Below are positions 9,769-19,339 of a stretch of 64,000 bases of DNA, in pieces. The DNA is taken from the NCBI GenBank assembly GCA_964573805.1, contig CAZNKP010000024.1, positions 827 to 64,826 on the forward strand. The letters run 5' to 3'. Source of the stretch: an uncultured Desulfobacterales bacterium. Its GTDB lineage: Bacteria; Desulfobacterota; Dissulfuribacteria; Dissulfuribacterales; QOAL01. Under the pieces are notes generated by a model. The model was not told the DNA's origin and searched no databases. It saw only the letters and a list, made by a program, of their open reading frames with translations. The position numbers and the translations under genes are program-made. Each line of letters starts with the position of its first letter. The stretch's first letter is position 1.

Positions 9769-9812
9769 TTTCGCCTCTCCCTTCTAGTCTTTTAGCTTAT
9801 TTTTTTTGAGAC

Positions 9813-10147
9813 TTAAATTGCCTCCATTCCCCTCTGGCCAGTCCTGACCCTTATGACATCTTCAACTGGCAACACAAAGATCCATCTCCTATCGTTCCAG
9901 TCCTGGCCTTCTGACAGATAATATCGATCACCCTTTCTAGATCTTTGGTCTCGACGATGATCTCTATCTTTATCTTTGGGATAAAGTCCACCACATATTC
10001 AGCCCCCCGATGGATCTCCTTATGCCCCTTCTGCCTGCCATGACCTTTCGCTTCAGAAACAGTCATGCCAGTAACCCTTATCCCATAAAGGCCTTCCTTA
10101 ACATCATCCAGACAAAACGGTTTGATAAAGGCCTCAATCTTTTCCAT
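9813..10147 (-). pseudogene. glnK: P-II nitrogen regulatory protein GlnK with an apparent frameshift after Gly89
   Basis: Canonical PII N-terminus and T-loop (GHGRQKGHKEIHRGAEY, Tyr51) up to TGTIGDG, then SLCCQLKMS*. The next frame from 9878 to 9813 reads FVLPVEDVIRVRTGQRGMEAI*, the canonical PII C-terminus. Confidence 0.85.
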
Positions 10148-10186
10148 GGCCTTGTCTCCTTTTTACAAACTGATCTTTTAACGGCC

Positions 10187-11539
10187 CTAATTGATTACCT
10201 GAAAATCGTTGTAGGCATGGCTGCCGTGCTCTGTAATATCGAGCCCATCCAATTCCTCTTCCAGACTAACCCTTAAACCGATGATTGTGTCTATCGCTTT
10301 GAACAGAGCAAATGCAGTGCTGAACGACCATATAAAACAGGCAGCAATCCCTATTAGCTGGGTTGTTACCAAGCTGACAGAGCTACCTCCCATATTGAAA
10401 AGACCCGCGGCCAGGGTCCCCCATGCACCACATACACCGTGCACGGATACCGCTCCCACAGGATCATCTATTTTGAGTTTGTGATCTACAAACAAGACAG
10501 CTAACACTACAAGGCTTCCAGCAACCAGCCCTATAACAATGGAACTCATAGGAGACACATTTGCACACCCTGCAGTAATGGCTACCAAACCTGCCAATGC
10601 ACCATTCAGGGTCATTCCGATTTCCGGTTTCTTAAAAAGTATCCAAGATACAACCATGGCTGCTAAAGCACCTGCTGCAGCAGCTTGGTTGGTATTGACA
10701 AAAATCATTGCAATTGAAACATCAGCTCTGGTTGTAGAGCCGGGATTAAAGCCAAACCAGCCAAGCCATAGTATAAAAACACCCAAGGCGGCGAGAGGAA
10801 TATTGTGGCCTGGAATGGCCCTAACCTCACCCTTTGGACCATATTTGCCTGTTCTAGGTCCAAGGATCATGGCACCTGCCAAGGCACACCAGGCGCCTAC
10901 AGAATGAACTACCGTTGACCCTGCAAAATCAATAAAGCCCAGCCTCTCAAGCCAGCCGTTTCCATTTAGCAGACTGCCCCAGGCCCATGAACCAAATACA
11001 GGATAGATGACTCCACATATAAAAACACTGTAGCACAGATAGGCGACAAACTTTGTACGCTCTGCCATTGCCCCTGAGACTACAGTGGCTGCCGTTCCAG
11101 CAAAGACCACTTGAAACATCCAAAAGGCTAGTATCCACTGGTCACCATCTGGTCCCTTCCAGCCACTTAGGAAAAAATCCGTAGTACCAAAGAAGCCGTT
11201 GCTAGTGGCCCCAAACATAAGGCCAAAACCAACTGCCCAGAACACTATAGAACCGATGGAAAAGTCCATCATATTCTTCATCATTATGTTTATGGCGTTT
11301 TTTGCCCTGGTAAAACCTGCCTCTACCATGGCAAAACCCGCCTGCATAAAGAAAACCAAGGCCGCGGCTACCAGTGTCCAGAGGTAGTTTGCATGGGTCT
11401 GGACCTGCTCTATGGCCCTTAGATTGGATTGAACTGTTGGTGCCTTTGCTACATCATGTGCCCAAACATCCATGGCACTCCCCAAAAGAACAAACATAAT
11501 GGCTACAAGGATTCCTAAAAACGTCCTCCCCCGTTTCAT
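10187..11539 (-). CDS. amtB: Ammonium transporter AmtB
   Basis: 450 aa with a signal peptide, 11 or more hydrophobic segments, and Amt signatures (DFAGSTVVHSVGAWCALAGAMILGPR; VHGVCGAWGTLAAGLF). AAGGGAGGG RBS. Confidence 0.92.
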   Translation of the reverse strand: MKRGRTFLGILVAIMFVLLGSAMDVWAHDVAKAPTVQSNLRAIEQVQTHANYLWTLVAAALVFFMQAGFAMVEAGFTRAKNAINIMMKNMMDFSIGSIVFWAVGFGLMFGATSNGFFGTTDFFLSGWKGPDGDQWILAFWMFQVVFAGTAATVVSGAMAERTKFVAYLCYSVFICGVIYPVFGSWAWGSLLNGNGWLERLGFIDFAGSTVVHSVGAWCALAGAMILGPRTGKYGPKGEVRAIPGHNIPLAALGVFILWLGWFGFNPGSTTRADVSIAMIFVNTNQAAAAGALAAMVVSWILFKKPEIGMTLNGALAGLVAITAGCANVSPMSSIVIGLVAGSLVVLAVLFVDHKLKIDDPVGAVSVHGVCGAWGTLAAGLFNMGGSSVSLVTTQLIGIAACFIWSFSTAFALFKAIDTIIGLRVSLEEELDGLDITEHGSHAYNDFQVIN

Positions 11540-11583
11540 GACTAACCCTCCCTTATAAAAATCTCTTACTTAAAAGACCATGA

Positions 11584-11599
11584 CGCAAATTGGGGACCA
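11584..11599 (-). promoter_or_regulatory. Candidate sigma54 (-24/-12) promoter for amtB-glnK
   Basis: Minus strand reads TGGTCCCCAATTTGCG. GG and GC have the correct spacing relative to consensus TGGCAC-N5-TTGCW, about 45 nt upstream of the amtB ATG. Confidence 0.4.
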
Positions 11600-11743
11600 A
11601 CTGGACTTTAATTTATAACTAATTGTTTTTATTAAAAATAAATAGAAATTCCGAAATAGGAGTAACTATAAATATTACGAAAATGTAAGATTGAGATTAA
11701 AAAATCATGACAATTTTGTTAAAATAGTCGACTGGCATTCGTA

Positions 11744-12436
11744 TTATAAAAGGCACTTGACACAAATCCTTGAGACCTTTTCCGACAAGAGCAGGCCCAA
11801 GTGACTAGTCTTAACAACAAAAAATCTATCAAGCCATGGCGCCTTCGTATCCTCTAGGGCAACCATGCCGTCGCCAGGGCCATTCATAAAAAACATGCCT
11901 AGACCTAAATTCATGGTACCGGCCACCATTACGGCATATACGCTCCCGGCAGGAATGCTGCATCCCGTTTTCAGCGCCGAAAGGCTCTTGCCTGTTAGCA
12001 TACGTACAATAAAAGAACCGGAAAGACGCCTGGCCAGACTGCTGCCCTGTAAAGGGGTGCCCATAAAAATGCATCTTTCAATTGAAAGATCCAAATCCAT
12101 AGAGCCTTCTGTCATAGTGCGGAGAAGGCCACAAACCAGTAATCCCCCATAACTGTGGCCTATGAAGGAGACCTTTTTGACACCTGTATCCCTGACAAAA
12201 CGGGCCAGATCCCTTACATTGTCATGAAAGGGCCTTGATATGGAAGGATAAGAAAAGATTACAGGATCGAGCCCCGCCCTTTTTAGCCTATACCTCAACA
12301 GATACAATATCCATCCGCTTGTCCATATTCCGTGTAAAAGTATTACTTTTTTTATTATACCACCCTCTTCCTGAGATACAGACGAACCTATAAAACTTTG
12401 TGGCCGTCTGGCACCATCCTGAAACCAAAACTGCAT
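11744..12436 (-). CDS. Alpha/beta-fold hydrolase (lipase/esterase-like)
   Basis: VILLHGIWTSG oxyanion region and GHSYGG nucleophile elbow. Confidence 0.7.
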   Translation of the reverse strand: MQFWFQDGARRPQSFIGSSVSQEEGGIIKKVILLHGIWTSGWILYLLRYRLKRAGLDPVIFSYPSISRPFHDNVRDLARFVRDTGVKKVSFIGHSYGGLLVCGLLRTMTEGSMDLDLSIERCIFMGTPLQGSSLARRLSGSFIVRMLTGKSLSALKTGCSIPAGSVYAVMVAGTMNLGLGMFFMNGPGDGMVALEDTKAPWLDRFFVVKTSHLGLLLSEKVSRICVKCLL

Positions 12437-12619
12437 CTTTGCACATTATTTTCAAGACAACAATAAACCACCTCACCCTTTCGGCAACAAATAACAGTCT
12501 ATTTTCCTAAACAACAAAACAGAAGGGGCAAAATTAATTTGGACACACACGAGCCCAAGGTACAGGTATGGAATACAGCCTGAAAAGTCCCATGCTATCA
12601 ATATTTTAAAGATATTAGC

Positions 12620-12648
12620 TTGACACAGGGCCCATGGATAATGATAAT
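12620..12648 (+). promoter_or_regulatory. Candidate sigma70 promoter for the usp gene
   Basis: TTGACA (12620-12625), 17-nt spacer, GATAAT (12643-12648). Confidence 0.5.
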
Positions 12649-12720
12649 AAATTCAGGATTAACGATTCGGGATTATCAATTGCTTAATTGTTGTACTTAA
12701 AAAAACCAAAGGAGGGAGAG

Positions 12721-13176
12721 ATGCCAGAAATAAAAAAGATTCTATTTCCAGTGGATTTCACAACGGCCACGACCAAAATTATGCCCTTTGTTAAAGATAT
12801 GGTAAAGGCCTTTAATGCAAAACTCTACATACTGCACGTTATCAGAAGCCCTGAAGAATTTGCAGGCTTTGAAATGGGACCTGCATGGTATGCAGCCATG
12901 GAAAAGGACCTCAAAGAAGGGGCCGAAAAATCCATGAAGAGACTGGTCACAGAGCAACTCGAAGACATTGGAGATGTTGAAACTGCCATTGAGGTGGGAG
13001 ACATAGTGGATACCATAATCAACTTTGTAAACGATAATGGCATAGACATGATAATTATTGGTACCCATGGCAGAAAGGGACTGGAAAAGGTTATGTTTGG
13101 AAGCGTTGCAGAAGGAGTCATAAAAGACGCACCTTGTCCAGTACTGACAATAAATCCATATAAGATAAAAAAATAG
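12721..13176 (+). CDS. Universal stress protein (UspA family)
   Basis: ILFPVDFT N-terminus and the C-terminal ATP motif GTHGRKGLEKVMFGSVAEGVIKDAPCPVLTI. AAAGGAGGGAGAG RBS before the ATG at 12721. Confidence 0.85.
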   Translation: MPEIKKILFPVDFTTATTKIMPFVKDMVKAFNAKLYILHVIRSPEEFAGFEMGPAWYAAMEKDLKEGAEKSMKRLVTEQLEDIGDVETAIEVGDIVDTIINFVNDNGIDMIIIGTHGRKGLEKVMFGSVAEGVIKDAPCPVLTINPYKIKK

Positions 13177-13209
13177 CTTTAAATTCTACAAACCTTTGAT
13201 AAAAAGATA

Positions 13210-13230
13210 GGGGCTTAAAGCCCCTTTTTT
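13210..13230 (+). terminator. Rho-independent terminator after usp
   Basis: GGGGCT-TAA-AGCCCC hairpin followed by TTTTTT. Confidence 0.75.
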
Positions 13231-13253
13231 AATTATTTGGAATAGGCCTAATC

Positions 13254-15917
13254 TTGACCCGGAAAAGACCCTGTACAAAGCCAATAACTCTTGTAACCAC
13301 TCATATAAATGCGGACTTTGATGCACTTGCCTCTGCTGTTGCAGCTGCCATTCTTTACGCCCCCGATGCTGCCATAGTCCTTCCAGGAGCCATGGAAAAA
13401 GCTGTAAGACAATATCTTAAATATCTAGAGAGGGAAAACTCACCCCTTGCCAATCTGTTCATCAATCTAAAGGATGCGGATCTATCCCGTCTCGAAAAAA
13501 TAGTGATAGTCGACACAAACCAGAAAGGACGATTAGGGCATATTGCCCAGCTATTGGACAGACCTACACTTCAAATAATTGTCTTTGACCACCACAAAAA
13601 AAACGAGTGCGATATAGAATATGAAAAGTACGTATCCGGCAATTTGGGAGCCAATACCACGTTAATGCTAAAATACATCAAAAAAGAAGATATAGAGCTG
13701 ACTCAAGAACAGTTAGACCTGTTTCTCTTGGGAATTTATGAGGATACGGGTTCTTTTACCTTCCCTTCCACCACGCCAGAAGACCTTAAAATGGCTGCAT
13801 GGTTGATTGAAAAGGGAGCAGACCTTAAAAGGGTATCAGAGTTTTTGGCAAGCCGGTTCACGCCCGAACATATCTCGGCCCTCTATGATCTCCTGGAATC
13901 AGCCCAGACCGTAAACTTTGGCCATGTGCCAGTAACTATAGCCAAATCCTCATCTAGCATGTACATAGATGACTTTTCTGTCCTGGTTCATGAACTCATG
14001 GATATGGCGCGTGTCTCCGTACTTTTCACCCTGGCCCTTATGGACGATCATGTAATCGTAGTGGGAAGAAGCAAAGACAAAAGAGTAGATGTAGGTCGTA
14101 TCCTTCAAGAACTGGGGGGCGGGGGCCATCCCTTTGCTGCATCGGCATCCCTTAAGGCCATGACCCTTTCGGAAGCAGAAAACAAGCTAATAGCCGTCCT
14201 CTACTCCCATCTTGGCCAAGGTCCAAAGGTCAAAGACATAATGTCAAGCCCGGTTATCTCGGCAAGACCTGACACTCCGATCTATGAAGTACACGACCTC
14301 ATAGCCAAATACGGCTTTTCCATAATTCCTGTAGCTGTTAATGGAAAAATAAAAGGATTTGTCACAAGGAACATAATAGAAAAGGCTATTTACCACGGGC
14401 TTGGCGCCCAACCTGTTTCAGAGTATATGTCAACTGAATTCCAGTCTCTTTCTCCTGAAGACGACATAGGCAAGGTCCAACAGGCAATAGTCCAAGGTCA
14501 CCGCAGATTCATCCCGGTTGAAAAAGACGGTAAGCTTGTCGGTATCATTACTAGAACAGATCTGCTGGAGGTACTTAGCTCTGATCCAGCAAAACGTCCC
14601 GAATCCCTTATCCCTCCAAGTGCCAACAGAAGAAATATAAAAAGGCTTATGGCCTTACAACTTCCATCAACAACCCTGCAACTCCTTGAGAAGGCAGGTA
14701 AGACCGCAGATGAACTAGGTATGAACGTTTATGTAGTTGGTGGTTTTGTTAGAGATCTGCTCCTTAAAAGACCAAACCTGGACATTGACCTTGTGGTAGA
14801 AGGAGATGGTATCGCCTTTGCCAAGAAGTTTGCCAAAGATTTTTCTGCAAGGGTCAGAGCCCACAAAAAATTTGGCACGGCTGTAGTCATCTTTCCTGAC
14901 GGATCAAAAATAGATGTGGCTACAGCCCGTTGGGAATATTATGAATACCCTGCAGCCATGCCTACAGTTGCCCTGTCCTCCATCAAGCTAGATCTCTTTA
15001 GAAGAGACTTTACAATAAATACCTTGGCCATAAAGTTAAACTCCAAAGACTTCGGTCTGCTTATTGACTTTTTTGGCGGCCAAAGAGATCTCAAGGACGG
15101 AATAATCAGGGTACTCCATAGCCTGAGCTTCATAGACGACCCTACGAGGATGCTAAGAGCCGTCCGCTTTGAGCAAAGATTCGGATTCAAAATAGGCAAA
15201 CATACCCTAAGGCTTATCAAAAACAGCCTTAGGCTAGGGATACTAGACAGGCTGTCATCTAAGCGACTTTTTACAGAGCTAAGGATAATCCTTGAAGAGA
15301 GTGACCCCAGACCTTGCCTTGTAAGGCTTTCAGAGCTTGAGATCTTAAAGGCCATTCATCCTGGCCTTTATATTAAAGAATCCGAAAAGGCCATTTTAAA
15401 TTCTATATACGACGTCCTCGCCTGGTATAAGCTTCTGTTTCTAGACCAGAAGATCAAGAAATGGCAGATCTATCTGACCGGACTAGTTACAAAACTGCCG
15501 ATTGAGGAAAGACAAAAGGTAATAAAAAGACTTGGGCTAACTGGCCGCATGGCTCGTGAAATCATGACTGCATCAGAAGAGGCACAAAAGCTTATTCAAG
15601 AGATGAAAAATAGGCCATCGCTTAAAAATAGCCAGGTTGTGGAACTCCTAGAAGACAGATCCCCCGAATTTCTACTTTACTGCATGGCCTTATCTGACGG
15701 AGAGATCAAACAGACTATTTCAAGATATATAACCGAGCTTTCAAAAATAAGGCCCAAAATCAGCGGCAAGGACCTTAAGGCCCTTGGCTTTACTCCAGGT
15801 CCCCTTTATCGTAAGATCCTTGACACTGTAAAAAAGGAGCGTCTCGACGGGCACCTTCGCTCCAAAAGACAAGAGATTGAATACGTAAAAAAACACTTTG
15901 GAGAAAAAAATACATGA
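13254..15917 (+). CDS. Fusion protein: DHH/DHHA1 phosphoesterase + CBS pair + tRNA nucleotidyltransferase/poly(A) polymerase (CCA-adding family)
   Basis: DHH motifs (HINADFDALAS, IVDTN, VFDHHKK), DHHA1 GGGH (GGGGHPFAASA), and two CBS modules (IMSSPVIS...; YMSTEFQSL...). The polymerase-beta head is YVVGGFVRDLLLKRPNLDIDLVVEGD with RRDFTINTLA. TTG start. Confidence 0.85.
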   Translation: MTRKRPCTKPITLVTTHINADFDALASAVAAAILYAPDAAIVLPGAMEKAVRQYLKYLERENSPLANLFINLKDADLSRLEKIVIVDTNQKGRLGHIAQLLDRPTLQIIVFDHHKKNECDIEYEKYVSGNLGANTTLMLKYIKKEDIELTQEQLDLFLLGIYEDTGSFTFPSTTPEDLKMAAWLIEKGADLKRVSEFLASRFTPEHISALYDLLESAQTVNFGHVPVTIAKSSSSMYIDDFSVLVHELMDMARVSVLFTLALMDDHVIVVGRSKDKRVDVGRILQELGGGGHPFAASASLKAMTLSEAENKLIAVLYSHLGQGPKVKDIMSSPVISARPDTPIYEVHDLIAKYGFSIIPVAVNGKIKGFVTRNIIEKAIYHGLGAQPVSEYMSTEFQSLSPEDDIGKVQQAIVQGHRRFIPVEKDGKLVGIITRTDLLEVLSSDPAKRPESLIPPSANRRNIKRLMALQLPSTTLQLLEKAGKTADELGMNVYVVGGFVRDLLLKRPNLDIDLVVEGDGIAFAKKFAKDFSARVRAHKKFGTAVVIFPDGSKIDVATARWEYYEYPAAMPTVALSSIKLDLFRRDFTINTLAIKLNSKDFGLLIDFFGGQRDLKDGIIRVLHSLSFIDDPTRMLRAVRFEQRFGFKIGKHTLRLIKNSLRLGILDRLSSKRLFTELRIILEESDPRPCLVRLSELEILKAIHPGLYIKESEKAILNSIYDVLAWYKLLFLDQKIKKWQIYLTGLVTKLPIEERQKVIKRLGLTGRMAREIMTASEEAQKLIQEMKNRPSLKNSQVVELLEDRSPEFLLYCMALSDGEIKQTISRYITELSKIRPKISGKDLKALGFTPGPLYRKILDTVKKERLDGHLRSKRQEIEYVKKHFGEKNT

Positions 15918-16561
15918 CAGACATTGGTTCCATAATCCAAAAAATACTTATCTTAACGCCTCCCATTTTGTTTGCGGTAACAGTCCACGAGGTGGCTCAC
16001 GGCTGGACCGCCTGGAAGCTTGGAGATCCGACTGCAAAGGCGATGGGCAGGCTCACACTCAATCCCATAAGGCATCTGGACCCAATTGGAACCCTGGTAT
16101 TTTTTATAACTCAAATGATAGGCTGGGCAAAACCAGTGCCTGTAAATCCTCTCAACTTCAAGGACCCCAAAAGAGACATGATATGGGTTGCCCTGGCAGG
16201 GCCGATCTCCAATATCCTGCTTGCTGTTGCAAGCGCTTTCATTCTTCGCTCGATAATAGGGCCCTTGTCCGGACTGTCCGACTCCATGAGTTATTTCATA
16301 AGGCCTATCCTATATATGGCTTTTGTAAGCATTCAAATAAACATCGGGCTTGCCATTTTCAACCTGATACCCGTGCCTCCACTTGACGGAAGCAAGGTGC
16401 TTGCAGGCCTGCTACCCCAAAACATGATGCATCACTACGAAGCCTTAGAGCGATATGGCTTTATAATTCTACTCGTGCTCATCTTTACAGGGGTTACAGA
16501 CCGAATTATAGTCCCGCTCATTAATTATGCTAACAGACTCCTTATAGGCCCTATCATTTAA
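15914..16561 (+). CDS. Site-2 protease family (peptidase M50) membrane metalloprotease
   Basis: HEVAHG HExxH motif in the first TM segment and a downstream NLIPVPPLDG motif. ATGA overlap with the upstream gene. Confidence 0.8.
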   Translation: MTDIGSIIQKILILTPPILFAVTVHEVAHGWTAWKLGDPTAKAMGRLTLNPIRHLDPIGTLVFFITQMIGWAKPVPVNPLNFKDPKRDMIWVALAGPISNILLAVASAFILRSIIGPLSGLSDSMSYFIRPILYMAFVSIQINIGLAIFNLIPVPPLDGSKVLAGLLPQNMMHHYEALERYGFIILLVLIFTGVTDRIIVPLINYANRLLIGPII

Positions 16562-16587
16562 AGGCATTGGAAAGGATCGTTTCAGCC

Positions 16588-17589
16588 ATGAAAAAACGCT
16601 GCTTGAGCGGAATGCGTCCGTCTGGGAAGCTTCATCTAGGTCATTTGCATGGAGTGCTTGAGAATTGGAAGCGTCTCCAGGAAGAGTATGAATGCTTTTT
16701 CTTTGTTGCAGACTGGCATGCCCTTACCACCAACTACAAGAAGGCATGGGAAATTCCACAAAACATATCAGAGATGGTTCTCGATTGGTTGGCCGTAGGC
16801 ATCGATCCAGAAAAGGCCACTCTTTTTGTTCAATCGGATGTTAAGGAACATGCTGAATTACACCTTTTATTGTCTATGATCACTCCACTTGGCTGGCTTG
16901 AAAGAAATCCCACATATAAAGAACAGAAACAGCAACTAAAAGACAAGGATATCTCCACTTACGGATTCTTGGGCTATCCAGTCCTTCAAGCAGCAGATAT
17001 TATTATGTATAAGGCCAATAAGGTTCCGGTGGGCATAGACCAGCTTCCACACGTTGAGTTAACAAGAGAGATAACGAGAAGATTCAATTATCTTTACAAA
17101 GAGATATTTCCTATTCCAGATCCGCTTCTTGCCGAAACTCCGAAACTGCCAGGCCTCGATGGCAGAAAGATGAGCAAAAGTTATGGCAATTCGATCTTCA
17201 TTTCTGACACACCAGAAGAGGTCACTCAAAAGATTATGACCATGGTGACGGACGTGGAGAGACCAAGAAAATCTGACCCTGGTGACCCGGAAAAGAGGTG
17301 TATAGCATTCAACCTTCATAAACTTTACTTGCCAAAGGAGCGTTTGGCACAAATTGTAGAAGATTGCAAGGCCGCAAGGCTTGGATGCGTAGCATGCAAA
17401 AAAGAACTTGCAAAGGCGGTGGTGGATTTTCTAATGCCTGTATGGGAAAGGAGGAATAGTTTTTCTCAATCTCCTGAAATAGTCCCAAAGATACTGAAAT
17501 CTGGTGCAGAAAAGGCCAGAAAAGAGGCGCAAAATACAATGGCCCAGGTGAGGGAGGCCCTGTGGAGCCAAAATGCACAGTCAGATTAG
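16588..17589 (+). CDS. trpS: Tryptophan--tRNA ligase
   Basis: SGMRPSGKLHLGHLHG (HIGH region), KMSKS motif, VGIDQLPHVELTREI. A TTG at 16567 is an alternative start. Confidence 0.9.
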   Translation: MKKRCLSGMRPSGKLHLGHLHGVLENWKRLQEEYECFFFVADWHALTTNYKKAWEIPQNISEMVLDWLAVGIDPEKATLFVQSDVKEHAELHLLLSMITPLGWLERNPTYKEQKQQLKDKDISTYGFLGYPVLQAADIIMYKANKVPVGIDQLPHVELTREITRRFNYLYKEIFPIPDPLLAETPKLPGLDGRKMSKSYGNSIFISDTPEEVTQKIMTMVTDVERPRKSDPGDPEKRCIAFNLHKLYLPKERLAQIVEDCKAARLGCVACKKELAKAVVDFLMPVWERRNSFSQSPEIVPKILKSGAEKARKEAQNTMAQVREALWSQNAQSD

Positions 17590-18284
17590 ATACGTTTGAA
17601 GGCCCTCTTGATTTGCTCCTTCACCTTATTATTAAAAATCAGCTTGATATAACAGACATCCCCATCTCTGAGGTTACGACCCAGTACGTCCAATACCTGG
17701 AGTTTCTCCAAGCACTGGACATAGAAGTAGCTGCAGAATATCTGCTCATGGCGGCAACTCTAATTCATATAAAAAGCAGGATGTTGCTACCTCCAAAACA
17801 AGAACAGGCGCCGGAAGACCCAAGGCTCCAGATCACCATTGCTCTTCAAGAGCTCAAAAAGGCCAAAGAGCTTGCAGATAAACTGGAGTCCAGACCTATT
17901 CTAGGAAGGGACGTATTTACAGGCACACCAGAAAACATTGACCCGGAAGGTTCGACAATCCTTGAAAAAGACCTAGTCCCTGTAAGCGTGTTCGAGCTTG
18001 TGGAGGCCTTGAAAAAACTGCTTAAAAATCCGAAAATTCCCAGGACCGTGGAGATAGAAAAGGCAAGAATTGGACTTTTGGAAAGAATCAGGCAGATTGA
18101 AAGGCAGATTGAATCGCAAAAAAAATTGAGTTTTTTTGAACTCTTCTCTGGAGAAATGGAACGTCTATTGGTGATAGTTACCTTCTTGGCCATGCTTGAA
18201 CTGTCAAAAAGGGGGAAAATAAGGCTCTTTCAAAGAGAAAATGACGAAGACATAATAATCGTGAAGCGCACCAGTAACTCATGA
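17562..18284 (+). CDS. scpA: Segregation and condensation protein A
   Basis: N-terminal FEGPLDLLLHLIIKNQLDITDIPISEVTTQY and a C-terminal winged-helix-like region, typical of ScpA. Confidence 0.8.
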   Translation: MEPKCTVRLDTFEGPLDLLLHLIIKNQLDITDIPISEVTTQYVQYLEFLQALDIEVAAEYLLMAATLIHIKSRMLLPPKQEQAPEDPRLQITIALQELKKAKELADKLESRPILGRDVFTGTPENIDPEGSTILEKDLVPVSVFELVEALKKLLKNPKIPRTVEIEKARIGLLERIRQIERQIESQKKLSFFELFSGEMERLLVIVTFLAMLELSKRGKIRLFQRENDEDIIIVKRTSNS

Positions 18285-19066
18285 AAACCTCCATGCAAAT
18301 AGCTGCCTATCAGAAGTGGTTTGGAGAATACGCCCGTTCCTATATATCTGTGGCACCATCAAAAGACAGGATGGCAATGGGCCTAAAACTTATTCACAGC
18401 CAACGAGTAAGAAAACTTGCAAAGAAACTTGCCCTAGAGCTATCCCTTGATAAAAAGCAGGTCTTCCTTGCCGAGCTTTGCGGCCTGTTTCACGATATTG
18501 GAAGACTGCCACAATTTAAAAAATACAAGACCTTTTTTGATGCAAAATCAGAAGACCATGCAGCCCTTAGCATCAATGTATTAAAGAGACATGGTGTCCT
18601 TTCAGATCTTGGTGCAAAAGAGGAAGCTGATATTCTTGATGCCATTTTCGTTCACAACAAGCTCTCTGTTCCCAAAGGATTCCATGGGCAAAAACTTACC
18701 CTTTCAAAAATCCTGCGAGATGCAGACAAAATAGATATTTTACGGGTCTTTGACGACTATTACAGAAAGGGAATTGGAGCAGAGGATATAAATCTTGGCC
18801 TTCCCCCAGGCAAGACCATCTCAAAGGATGCCTTGGATGAATTCAAAGCTGACAGGATAGTCAGGATCGAACATGTACGAAACCAGCTTGATTTTATAGT
18901 AATGCGCCTTAGTTGGCTTTTTGATATTAATTACAAACAGTCCCTTGGCACTGTTGCAAAACGCAACTACATTCACACCATGTTCCAAATGCTTCCTGAA
19001 GGGAAAGGAAAAGACATGGTAAAAGAAAAGATTACCACCCTGCTAGAGGAGAGACTTGGCAGATGA
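18281..19066 (+). CDS. HD-domain phosphohydrolase
   Basis: H...HDIGR...D pattern (LFHDIGRLPQF; LRDADKIDIL). ATGA overlap with scpA. Confidence 0.7.
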   Translation: MKTSMQIAAYQKWFGEYARSYISVAPSKDRMAMGLKLIHSQRVRKLAKKLALELSLDKKQVFLAELCGLFHDIGRLPQFKKYKTFFDAKSEDHAALSINVLKRHGVLSDLGAKEEADILDAIFVHNKLSVPKGFHGQKLTLSKILRDADKIDILRVFDDYYRKGIGAEDINLGLPPGKTISKDALDEFKADRIVRIEHVRNQLDFIVMRLSWLFDINYKQSLGTVAKRNYIHTMFQMLPEGKGKDMVKEKITTLLEERLGR

Positions 19067-19338
19067 ACAAAAAAAAGACCCTTGTATACAATATCCTTTT
19101 TTTAACAGGCTCTGCTGCCATCATCATATTCTTATGGATGGCTCCACCCGAAACCACAGCCAAGCTACCCTATGACGATAATCATCGCACTTTTTATGAC
19201 ATGCCTAAAAAACTGGCAGAAAAACAATGCGCCCAATGCCATTCCAAGAAAGCTGGCATGCCCCTTCCCGAAAAGCATCCGCCCAAATACAGATGTCTGT
19301 TCTGCCATAAAAAGGCCAAACCGAAGACTCAGGACTAG
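19063..19338 (+). CDS. Small membrane-anchored diheme c-type cytochrome
   Basis: N-terminal TM helix (LVYNILFLTGSAAIIIFLWM) and two CXXCH motifs (CAQCH, CLFCH). ATGA overlap with the HD gene. Confidence 0.65.
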   Translation: MNKKKTLVYNILFLTGSAAIIIFLWMAPPETTAKLPYDDNHRTFYDMPKKLAEKQCAQCHSKKAGMPLPEKHPPKYRCLFCHKKAKPKTQD

Positions 19339-19339
19339 C

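Noticed and set aside
15898-16386. 162-aa alternative-frame ORF overlapping the M50 protease gene on the same strand.
   Set aside because: The M50 frame carries HExxH and TM segments. The alternative frame is Arg/His/Ser-rich with no motifs or RBS.
19172-19339. Long N-terminal extension of the speE ORF, which the ORF track starts at 19172.
   Set aside because: The extension overlaps the diheme cytochrome gene in another frame and has no similarity to SpeE. The canonical SpeE N-terminus MELWFTEKHT begins at the ATG at 19340.
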